NCBI GenBank assembly: GCA_973895155.1
Contig: OZ316897.1
Location: 19,230,168-19,294,167 of the forward strand
Direction: 5' to 3'
DNA: 64,000 nt
DNA from: Marsupella aquatica
Taxonomy: Eukaryota; Plantae; Marchantiophyta
Shown here piece by piece: positions 50,267-59,936 of the stretch. The notes beneath the pieces were generated by a model. It was not told where the DNA came from, made no database searches, and was given only the letters and a program-made list of their open reading frames with translations. How positions within the stretch are numbered: position 1 is the stretch's first letter; each line of letters begins with the position of its first letter. The translations under genes and the position numbers were made by a program.

Positions 50267-50608
50267 TGTTGAGCATAGACGACATTTGTAACGGCAAGCC
50301 CATGAACCATCCAACGCACAATAGTCGACACAGAGAGATACGTGGTTCACCTCCACATGAGGCTACGTCCACGGGAACACAAGAGCTTTACTGCACTCTA
50401 GGCCGACCGGCCATACCAAGCATCCACAGCACAAGCTCTCCCTATCTCTCAACTAGCTCCGTAACAATGAGCCTAAGTTCCACCAGGGTCTGGCATCAGC
50501 CCTGGCTATATACACAACAGCACTACCGCTAACATTAGCTAAGTCCTAACCCGAGTTAGCCTAACTGTGGTTAGCACAAGAGTCACAAGACTAGAGCAAT
50601 ATCTAACA
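50267..50608 (-). repeat. 5' LTR of the nested copia
   Basis: Adjacent to the PBS; matches 32433-32769. Confidence 0.96.
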
Positions 50609-51510
50609 ATAAGATCTATATATATAAGGTATTTAGACATGACTTAAATTTTGGAATTCCAAGAATGGGTGAAGAATGCGCATACAAATGAGAATTTGAG
50701 ATTTGAGGGGGAGAAAAGTACACCCTCCTCATATGCATCCATTGGATTGTTTGAGCTCCATTTTACAAATGATATCAAATGAGGAAGTGCCTTTAGCACA
50801 TGCTATGAAATGAAGTGCACAAGTGCTGTGAGCACATGAAATAAGTACTCATGATGGCCAATCATGAAAAGTACTTCATAAAAACAAATAAGATAAATGG
50901 AGGAAGAGAAATTTCCTTGAGATTTGCAAAGCCATTGATGGAAGTGTGTGAAAACCCCTAACACCACCATGGCTTTGCCCCTACTACTTATGAACATGAG
51001 ATGTATATATGTTGGCCAACTATTTATATCACATGAAAAAAAAATGATTTCCACATATATGGATCCAAAGGACAACCGAAGGCAATGGAATACCACAAAA
51101 ATGATAGAAGACTAACGTATGCATGTTGGTTGCAGAAAATACACATATGATTATAAACACCGTGAAGGAAGAATATGGGACCAATCAGAAATGAAAAACC
51201 AAGATTCAAGTTTCTTCACACTTCAAACCTCAAGCTTCACCTGGAACAAGAGTTCATATGTAACTTACTCCCAATAGGGGACCAATATATTTAAGACCAA
51301 ATTTTAGATGATCCATATTTTCACCCACTTTGAAACATATCCAAAATGACTATAAATGTAACATTGGTGGTGGCACTCTTTCCCTTAGAAGAAAGCAGAA
51401 GGGTTTTGATGAGACCACACCAATGGATACCATGTACTACATAGATATAACACTTATTATTAGATGTTAACCCTGGTTGCATTATCTATGATAAAACAAC
51501 CAAAGGGGAG

Positions 51511-51870
51511 TGTTGTAACCCAAGGTTAGGTCAACATCCAACCCTAGTTAAGGGATTGAGGTAATTACTATAACTACCATTACATGTATACTTAGGGAGG
51601 TATTAGTAAACCCCCTATGAATGGATGAACCTTGATTGTTGGTGTAATTAACATTTTCTCTCCTAAGAATTCTCTCCACCGCCCCATACTAGAGGCATGA
51701 CTTTGTGGTAGCTCACTTGAGTAGAGACTGATAGGTCTTGGGTTCAACCGTTAGGGCTGACTCTTCCCAACTATTGTGGCTGACTCTTCCCTTTCTGTGG
51801 AGTTTCACAGATTTCCCCTTAAAAAAAAATTATAAAAAAATAAAAATAAAACTCTCTCTACCTCTCAACA
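51511..51870 (+). repeat. 3' LTR of the outer element, interrupted by a SINE
   Basis: 51511-51680 plus 51863-51870 reconstitute the 178-bp LTR; preceded by a PPT. Confidence 0.88.
51681..51849 (+). mobile_element. tRNA-derived SINE
   Basis: Absent from the 5' LTR; A-box-like TAGCTCACTTGA (51709-51720), B-box-like GGTTCAACCG (51741-51750), A-rich tail, imperfect ~13-bp TSD AATTCTCTCCACC / AACTCTCTCTACC. Confidence 0.75.
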
Positions 51871-51918
51871 AGTACCAAAGTCTTTTGTTCATGATCTCCA
51901 TGTAGAGTGAAAGCAGCC

Positions 51919-52064
51919 CTAGTGATTTTCCAGTGCAAGTGTTTTCCCAGGCTAAAATCCTGCACAAAACTCTTGTCCGGGAAAATCTCGCACTAGTGAT
52001 TTTCCAGTGCAAGTGTTTTCCCGGGCTAAAATCCTGCACAAAACTCTTGCCCAGGAAAATCTCT
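51919..52064. repeat. 74-bp tandem duplication
   Basis: CTAGTGATTTTCCAGTGCAAGTGTTTTCCC(A/G)GGCTAAAATCCTGCACAAAACTCTTG...GGAAAATCTC twice. Confidence 0.9.
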
Positions 52065-53683
52065 CAAAATATCCTTGCCTTGGTTTGATCAGAGTTCCTG
52101 AATGGAATTGCTCTTGCTCCTTGCTGGTGGCTAATTTTTTAAAAATTAAAATTGGCCTTTGCAAAATCAGCTGAAAATTATTTTAAAAGCCAGCATAAAA
52201 CAGGGGGCCACCAAAGGGCAGCACCTTGGGGGACCAAAGGTAGAGGTGCCCCAAACTGGAGAGGCCTGCACCAAGAGAGCAAGACTAAAGGCAACCAAAC
52301 AAACAATTTAACTACTACAAAAGGAGGAGTGGCTCACCCCCTACGACTGATCACTCCCTAGACTAGTCAGTGAAGCCAACAATCAATTTAACTTTACAAA
52401 AGGAGTGGCACACTCCCTAATACTAGTCAGTGAAAGGAAGCGCCTGGGAAACCTTCCCTTTAATCCATGACAGGTGTTTAAATTCTATCCATCAGGTCTA
52501 TGGTGCAGTTTCCACTCCTGAGACACAGTTCAGGGTGGACGAGGAAGGACTGGTGCAACGTGACCGTCGTTGTGAATTTACCTTGAGCCCAGTTGCCATA
52601 ATGAAAGGACATGTGGTTGAAAGCCTCCCTAAAACTGGACTTGCCCATCCTGATTATGAGATCTATATGATCTATGTTTGGCCGAATCCTTACGAAGGTG
52701 AATCCCTAGACTAATCTGTGGCTAATCAACATTTCAGAGCAGCTTTTACAAGAAGACCTGGAGAGAATTTGACCGAATGCAATGGCGTGCTGTATCCTGG
52801 TGATACGACTGGCCTCTGACTTTGACTTTGGCTTCCTTCAGCACAGTCATGCGAAATTCCCAGTAATTGCGATGGAGACGCTACTTTTCTGTCGACGCGT
52901 GTTAGCGTATGGCCTCAACATAATATTCCGGAGAGTCCTGTCATCTCCGGAACAGACCTCAAGTGGTTTGGAGGGGAGAGTCGACGAAGTTGCTGAAAAT
53001 TGCGGTGGAAACACTACATTTCTGTCGCGTACTGCTGTATAGCCTCAACAGGATCAAATCCGAAGAGTGCAGTGATCAGCGCACCGGACCTACAGGAGTT
53101 TGGTAGCGGAAAGTCCATGCTAAAGCAAAAGTGCAGGGAGCACAGGCACAATCACGACGTCCATTGCTCTATTTTCAACAAACAAAAGCTACTAAGTTTA
53201 GTTGATATTCCTGGTCGTCCTTCGAGATTTGGGACGTGGTCCTGCAATATGGCGGGGTCATGGCACAGCGATGAACCGTGATCTAGAATAGCTTGAACCG
53301 TGATCTCGAATAGCTTCTCGCTGAAGATTATCTTCCGTAGACTGTACGGTGTAAGTGAGAGTCTATGTTACGTGGACTTATCGACGCTGCAAACTTATCG
53401 AGGAAGCCTGGTGACTTAGTCAAACTCCGAGAATCATATAAAGATCGAGTTACACTCTCGGCGAGAATCAATCTATTCCACCGTGCCTAAATTGCATCCT
53501 GACATAGCGGGAGTAAGCAAGCTCAGATTAGTCCTTTGGATGTCCCAGTCACGCAACTCTCTCGTACGTGTTCGTTGAATGTTCATCTTCTTTGGGCAGT
53601 TGTCATATCAAGTACTCCTGTCTTCCAAAATCAATTGCGTTGCGGGTTAAGATTACTCCAGCTGTGGCGATTAACGGATAAAA

Positions 53684-56600
53684 ATGGAGGAACAGGAGAT
53701 CTACGACCTTCTGATTGTCACGGATGCGACATCCTCGATGACCGAGTACTTAGAATCCCTGCACACTTCTCTGCCTCAAATTATTTCCATCTCTGCGCTT
53801 ACAGGGTGTTTTTCTCACATCGGGCTTCTTGCCTATCGCGACTATTGCGACGAGACCTTGCTGGAATGGTCCGGGTGGCTGGAGCAATCAAGTGTCGTGC
53901 AAGACCAACCGGATCTTGTCGCCAAAGCCAAGTCAATTGCGCCACAGGGTGGTGGTGACTATCCAGAAGCTACGAAGACGGCACTGGCCAAGGCATATGA
54001 AGTTATGAGGCCCGAGGCTACGACGATTCTTTTGTTCTACACCGATGCTTCTCCTCATGCAGCATTCAATGGGTCCAATGGGTCCCCTCCCTGGGGGTGG
54101 TGTGAACTATCATCGAATCATGCACAAGAGAAGGAAGCCCTCTCGGACCCGAAGTCATATGGCGGCTTTGGGCCAAGCTTTATCGATTGGGTCTCCGCCT
54201 GTAAGACCCTGAGGAGCGGAGAAAAGAAAGTGCAAGTTTTTTGCATGCTCGAGTCATCAATGCCATGGCAGTACGCCGGGCATTACAATTACCTGTGTAC
54301 CCTGAGCCGCGGATCATGCATCATCCTGAAAGACTCGAAACCGGCGACTGTTTCTAAGGTGACAGTCGAGGTATTATTAGCATGGATGGGAGTAGAAAAG
54401 GCAGGTACATCTGATGCTACCAACTGTACAGAGCTGCCAGCAACTCTGTGCCGGTACCTCGACATTGGAAACATCCAGAAGATAAAGGATGAGGATGATC
54501 CAATTGCTAATCGGTTCTTCTCAACAACCTCTTCTAATGGAAGCACTGCGACTAAGAGCATTTCCGCAAACATTGCGAGTGTTGCTATTACACCAGAAGT
54601 CCTGAAAAAGCATTTGCCAAAAAAGAGAACACCAGTCTCCGACTTTGGCAAATCCTACACAAGTGATGCAGCTTATCGGGTCATCGTAGTTGAGCATCTT
54701 AAGAAGATCATTGACAGCGACGTCCGTGCCATAGCTGTGAATCCTGTCTTCGGCAGTGTTTGGAGGGCTGCTTGCAATGACAGGACCCGCGAGTCACACA
54801 ACGACCTCATCTCAGCATTTGGGCTTCAGGTCGAGAGGATAAGCAATCCAGACGACAAAGCACAAATGAAAGCTTGGCTTGAGGAGTCATACAATTATAC
54901 GGCGGAAGTCAGAGACAAGCTCAATGCGGTGCCCGAAAACGAACGATTCCCTTGTGTCTGTCTGGATCCTACCCTCAACTTCGTGCGCTCGGGCGACGAT
55001 ATGCCCAATGGGGATGAGGATAACAGGCCAATCACCGCATTCCGAAGAGACGAGCTGCTGGAGATAGGCCGATCTTGCGACTTCAAAATCCTTCGACGCT
55101 TGGGTCGCGTCCTTACTAGATTAACATATATCGAAAGTCCTGAAGACATCCCCGAGCACATTGCAGGAACAACTGACGACGAAATTCCCAAGATTCCGAT
55201 GGCTCTGGCATCCAAGAAACATGGAGGTCAATTCTGGAGAATATTGTTGCACGTCATCGTTCCAGGAACAATGCTGTCGGCTCGACCTGCAGCTCTCCTG
55301 GCGGCTTTGAGTCTGCGACTTGGTGTGGAACCTCTCACTCAAGCAGCAGAACGCGAGATGTTTAGGTGGCGTAATAGGTGGAATGACGTTGAAGTGCCTG
55401 AAATTTGGAGTGTCAGTAGCTTGTCTCTTCTCTTGGATGCAGATAAAGTGTACCGCCAAAGGCAGCAGGATCTCGGCACTACTAATGCGGATGGAGATGC
55501 ACAACAGAAGCATTTCAGTTTGCTAAAAGAAGCTGACAGGTATTTGTTTGAGCATCTTGTCACCTACAAAATGCTGGAGCTAAATCTCGATACGACTTTG
55601 ACTGCGCAATTAGGATGGACACCAGACAAGACAATTGTTCCGATCGGTCCTTTAGCTTTCTGTCGATCTTGTCAATACCCACGGTCCGTGACTATCATGG
55701 GTCCCAGTAGGAAATGTGGTCTCTGTCTTTACACAACCTATGAATCTCCGGAAGTCCGGGAGAAGTTCATAGAAAGCTGCGTCTCGAAGGAAGATGGCGA
55801 GCTGACTCCAGCGACATGGGTGGAATGTTCGGTCATAACTTGCCGAGCTCAGTATGTGGTCTACAATCGCAAGGCGCTGAATGTCCGCCCAAAATGCCAC
55901 TACTGTCGTTCACAATGCAGTATGCCAGCAGCAGAGAGAAGCAAGTATGCAGCACCTTGGGTCGAATGCACAGTGTGTCTGAACCGCATGATTTGGCCAG
56001 AAACATATCGGTCTTCCTCTTTCTCCAAATCCGCTTTCACATGTCCACCATGTACATCAGGCCGCACAACCATTGTCGAACTCGAGACAACTGCCAAGAA
56101 GATATCTGCAGAGAACACGACATCATGGCTTATCCTTGACTCCGAAAAACCGGACGAATGTCCATTCACGAACCGTTCAGTCTACCACACCATCTCTACA
56201 ATCGGTTCGGATTCCTTTCTCCGAAGGATAAGTCTGTTTCCTCCAGCCAAGCATCCGCTGACTGTCAAGGGAAAGCTCATCCGTAACTCAATTTCGCTGA
56301 TATCAAACCTCCATGATATTATCTCCCGACGGGAAACTGAACGTGCCCCCTGCTCGTTGTGCTTCTCAATCTTCCATCCGACAGCCCTCAGTGCTGCTTG
56401 CGGCCGCCGCGGCTGTCTCCAACGCATCTGCCGCAGCTGTCTATCGGGATGGTATGGCCTCAATTCCGTAGGTCGCATTATCAACACCGCTGCTCTGTCG
56501 TGTCCATTTTGTCGACGCAAGCCTGCAGGGCGCAGGCTGGCCAAGTACGGGATGGGGATCCATGCCGTCGGGAACTTGGCTGTGGCAGTGCAAGACCAGG

Positions 56601-57076
56601 GCCGCTGGATCTACGCATGGTGCCACGACTGCGGCTGCGCGAAACGGTACATTGAGCGAGTTTGTGCTCGCGGCATACCGGCGGAAGTGCAAGGGTGGAC
56701 CTGCGACGATTGTCGTGAGGAGGGCGAGCGTCTGCGCATTGCTGCCGAAAGGCAGCGGGTGGAGCTCGTTTTGAGAGATGCGCGGATTGCGAGGAATATG
56801 CAAGCAATTGAGGAGGCAGAGGCAGTGGAGGAAGCGCTGAGGATTGCGGGGCAGGAGAGGACGCTGAAGAGGAGTAAACCATGCCCTGGGTGTCGCACGC
56901 TAACCGAGAAGATTAGTGGGTGTGATCACATTTCGTGCCCCGTGAAGGATTGTGGCACGCACTGGTGTTATTCCTGTGGTCAGGGGTTGTCTGAAACGAA
57001 GATTTATCAGCACTTGCAGGAACGGCATGGGGGGTACTATGGTGATTTTGATGACAATGTGCCTGATCAACATTAG
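53684..57076 (+). CDS. intronless vWA-domain, multi-zinc-finger, RBR-type (RING/IBR-like/Rcat) E3 ubiquitin ligase-like protein, 1130 aa
   Basis: vWA with MIDAS-like DLLIVTDATSSM, AYRDY, GGGDYPEA, YTDASPH; many CxxC pairs; RING-like CSLC...CGRRGC...CRSC...CPFC; C-terminal KPCPGC..TEKISGCDHISC...CGTHWCYSC matching RBR RING2/Rcat with the catalytic Cys. TATAAA at 53437-53442. Confidence 0.9.
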   Translation: MEEQEIYDLLIVTDATSSMTEYLESLHTSLPQIISISALTGCFSHIGLLAYRDYCDETLLEWSGWLEQSSVVQDQPDLVAKAKSIAPQGGGDYPEATKTALAKAYEVMRPEATTILLFYTDASPHAAFNGSNGSPPWGWCELSSNHAQEKEALSDPKSYGGFGPSFIDWVSACKTLRSGEKKVQVFCMLESSMPWQYAGHYNYLCTLSRGSCIILKDSKPATVSKVTVEVLLAWMGVEKAGTSDATNCTELPATLCRYLDIGNIQKIKDEDDPIANRFFSTTSSNGSTATKSISANIASVAITPEVLKKHLPKKRTPVSDFGKSYTSDAAYRVIVVEHLKKIIDSDVRAIAVNPVFGSVWRAACNDRTRESHNDLISAFGLQVERISNPDDKAQMKAWLEESYNYTAEVRDKLNAVPENERFPCVCLDPTLNFVRSGDDMPNGDEDNRPITAFRRDELLEIGRSCDFKILRRLGRVLTRLTYIESPEDIPEHIAGTTDDEIPKIPMALASKKHGGQFWRILLHVIVPGTMLSARPAALLAALSLRLGVEPLTQAAEREMFRWRNRWNDVEVPEIWSVSSLSLLLDADKVYRQRQQDLGTTNADGDAQQKHFSLLKEADRYLFEHLVTYKMLELNLDTTLTAQLGWTPDKTIVPIGPLAFCRSCQYPRSVTIMGPSRKCGLCLYTTYESPEVREKFIESCVSKEDGELTPATWVECSVITCRAQYVVYNRKALNVRPKCHYCRSQCSMPAAERSKYAAPWVECTVCLNRMIWPETYRSSSFSKSAFTCPPCTSGRTTIVELETTAKKISAENTTSWLILDSEKPDECPFTNRSVYHTISTIGSDSFLRRISLFPPAKHPLTVKGKLIRNSISLISNLHDIISRRETERAPCSLCFSIFHPTALSAACGRRGCLQRICRSCLSGWYGLNSVGRIINTAALSCPFCRRKPAGRRLAKYGMGIHAVGNLAVAVQDQGRWIYAWCHDCGCAKRYIERVCARGIPAEVQGWTCDDCREEGERLRIAAERQRVELVLRDARIARNMQAIEEAEAVEEALRIAGQERTLKRSKPCPGCRTLTEKISGCDHISCPVKDCGTHWCYSCGQGLSETKIYQHLQERHGGYYGDFDDNVPDQH

Positions 57077-57499
57077 TCCGACGACGACGAATAGCACAGA
57101 GTGTAGGCGCAGTACATATTCAATCTCATGTTTTCTTCGAGATTTCTGAGTCCGAGAAAGGAACGAAGAAGACGAACAAATGAGGCAAAGGAAAGACGAA
57201 GAGTACTGTCATGGTAACTTGATTGAACGCAATGGCTCAAAAGCAGACAAACAGAGCTCAATTGAATTGGTTACACTCTCACGTCTGGCGAATAATGCTC
57301 AGCTTTTATTTGCCACTGAAAGCTCAGCCGCAATTTATAGATTTTGGATCGATCACGCCACGAGACCACGGTGTTATTCTTCATCTATGCTGAGCGTCTT
57401 GCAGGATTCCGTCGATGTGAGAAATCTTCGAAAGGATCCATGGCATCGCTAGCATACGCTACGAGCATAGACCAATTCATGGCATCGATTTAAATGCAG

Positions 57500-58160
57500 A
57501 GCAGGACTGAATGCGATTCATTTGGATGCAATGCGGTGCAACTACTTCACAATGCCGGAAACAGGAATCCGACTGCACATTGGACGGAAACTCTTGCTCC
57601 TTCCCTGCCTTGCATGAACGCTCCCCGCTGCACAAACCTCCCAGCTCCTCATCAACAGAAACGCCGTGATGTAATCGTTCCGCGATATATAAGAAAACTT
57701 GCATAGAAAAACTCTTCATGAAATTACTTACGGAGAGAGACTTACGCTATGGTTTGGTCCGATCATGAAGGAATCTGAGTTTCACGAAGTCTGCAATGAT
57801 GTGCGACGACGGCCCAATCCAGGAAACAGGAGTTCAATTGCACATAGGACCGGAAATCTTGCTTCTCGCCTGCCCAGCCTTCTGTCCACAAACAGCGCAT
57901 CAACGCCTCCCGCTGCACAAACCTCCCAGCTCAGCATCAGCGAGAAACGCCGTGATTTAAGCGTTCCTCGATGCATAAAAAGTTTGCAGAGGAAGCTCTG
58001 CATCAACGTCTCCCGCTGCATAAATCTCCTACCTCCATATCAACGAGAAACGTCGTGATCCGAGCGTTCTTCCACAGAGAAAAGTTTGCATAGGAAAGCT
58101 CTTCCTGAAATGATGTATTGAGAAAGAGTTACTATGGGGTTGGTAGGATCATGAAAGAAT
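57500..58160. repeat. degenerate modular direct repeats downstream of the vWA-RBR gene
   Basis: AACG..CCCGCTGCA(C/T)AAA(C/T)CTCC...CATCA(A/G)C..GAAACG(C/T)CGTGAT...TTGCA three times (about 57617, 57902, 58005); the GGAAACAGGA...TGCACAT.GGAC module twice. Confidence 0.8.
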
Positions 58161-59526
58161 CGAGTCTGCTACCCAACTACTACGAGCCCGAATGTTCATT
58201 CTGTCAATATATGAGTTCCCCTCCTTTCTCTTCATTGGGCTCCTTTGCCATTGGCATCATGTCTCCAGGCCATTGGCATCATGTCTCCAGGTTATCGTTT
58301 TTTGCTCTTTGGCTGTGTTAAATGATTTGTACACGCATACATCCCATCCTTCTTTCCCTAGAGTCTTCACTCTAAAAGACTACAACCCAACTCTAGTTTC
58401 TGTATATAGCAGCCTCAAAATATACTCTACAGTAGTTTCTGTACTATTTATTAGTAAGATTATGTGCCCTGCAAATTCAGATTTTTTTCCAGGACGGACA
58501 ATGGGCACAAAAACAGATGGATGGGTGTGGGTTCTGTACACTGGTGCCATCGGAATTCGCTTAACATATAGGATATTATAAAAATTCTGGACCCCTGAAA
58601 CCTGATATATTGGAGTGGGTTCTACACTAGTGTCATCAGAGTTTGCTTAAAATAATATCAAAATTCTGGACCCGACTAACAAGATATTTCTAGAATAACA
58701 ACTCTAAGTGGGCCTAGTACTCGAATTCAGACTCTACTGGGTCTCAGAAATATCTTGTTAGTTGGGTGCAACTCTACTTCACTTACTACACTATTTGTGG
58801 ACGATTAGCTCTTCACATTATGGAGGTAAGTCTTTTACTCTTTTCTAGGTTTTTGTGATTTTGCCTTTGCACATTTCTTTCTAATTTAGTGCTTGTGTAC
58901 CTCTTTTGCATTTTCTTCAGTGTACTTTGTTTGGCCCGTTCTGGTAAATAAACTTAGAGTGTTACTTCTGAAACTTGATTCTGGAACCTCACTTGCCGCA
59001 TTGAAGACAGTTACGGCTGCAAACTCTGCAATTATCTGAATCTGTTCATGGTAGGTACTGTCGTATCCTAAAATCACTCACCTTCATGTCTTCACATTCT
59101 GTACATACATGATAGGCAGCGCGCTGTACCAGGGCACCATTGAATGATGGGACCCAATAAGCAACAATAAATAAGTTACCGAGGAATGTTATCCAGAAGA
59201 TCTCAGGTGGTCCCAACTCCAAACACTTTCAACCTTTGGCTCCTTCTTTAATTAAGGTATTGGCATTTATTGGATTTCATTTGAGCGTATCTTTGGGGTT
59301 GAGTCTATCTTTAGCGTAAGTGATTATTTTTTGTCCAGCTACTGTAGCTACTATGTAGATTTCTCATGCTGTTTGTCCCTTATTTTCTCCCCTTTATTGT
59401 GGGTATCTTGGGTTTGGGATCTTGTCCCAGGGTTTGGAGCTTTTGGTTCATTGCTAGGGTAGTTTGATGTTCTCTTTCTCTTTTTGGTGGGTCTCTTGCC
59501 TTTGGGATCGTGTCTCAACCTTGGAA

Positions 59527-59936
59527 CTTTTTGTTCTTTTATAGTCAGACAAGCCTATGCAACAACGGCAGGGGCAGGAGCATCACGAGCAGCAACAACA
59601 AAGGAGGCCAAATATGCTGCACGAGCTTCATCTGATAGCTTCCTGCCCCTTGCTCTTGAGATATTTGGGCGTCTCCATCATCAGTTCGACGGGCTTCTTC
59701 GCCAAGCTGCTCGGGATGTTCACGGCCGGATGGGTCCCACCGGGCCCCCACTATCTGTTTTGACCACGCACTTTCGCCAACGCATTTCAGTCACCTTACA
59801 GCATGCTCAAGCTCGGGCCGTCTATCGTCGATCTCTGACAGTGGGTGCTAGTGTGACTCCGCAGCGGCTAGCCCCCCTAGAGGACATTCCTGTCCCACTT
59901 GCCGATCTAGTTTCGACACTTGATGTAGACCACTAG
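59527..59936 (+). mobile_element. 3' fragment of a non-LTR retrotransposon with a restriction-like endonuclease (CRE/R2-type)
   Basis: KEAKY...FLPLALEIFGRLH...LLRQAA...FRQRISVTLQHAQARAV, the typical C-terminal RLE pattern; no RT found upstream. Confidence 0.7.

Larger units (their letters stand above)
32433..50608 (-). mobile_element. full-length Ty1/copia element interrupted by two CACTA insertions
   Basis: LTRs at 32433-32769 and 50267-50608; TSD ATAAG (32428-32432 and 50609-50613); initiator tRNA-Met PBS TGGTATCAGAGC (50253-50264, minus); PPT next to 32770; gag-PR-INT-RT-RH order on the minus strand. Confidence 0.97.
29854..51870 (+). mobile_element. outer short-LTR copia-type element (Bianca/Lyco-like PBS), no intact coding region, host of nested insertions
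   Basis: 178-bp TG...CA direct repeats at 29854-30031 and 51511-51870 (the latter split by a SINE); PBS-like CGTTATCAGCACG at 30032-30044; PPT CAAAGGGGAG at 51501-51510. No clean TSD (TGACC versus AGTAC). Confidence 0.8.

Noticed and set aside
29849-51875. Target-site duplication for the outer LTR element
   Set aside because: Flanks TGACC and AGTAC do not match, so no TSD is claimed; the LTR pair could be mutated at the flanks or recombinant.
54289-57149. Many short overlapping ORFs within the vWA-RBR gene
   Set aside because: Alternative-frame and antisense shadows of a GC-rich coding sequence.
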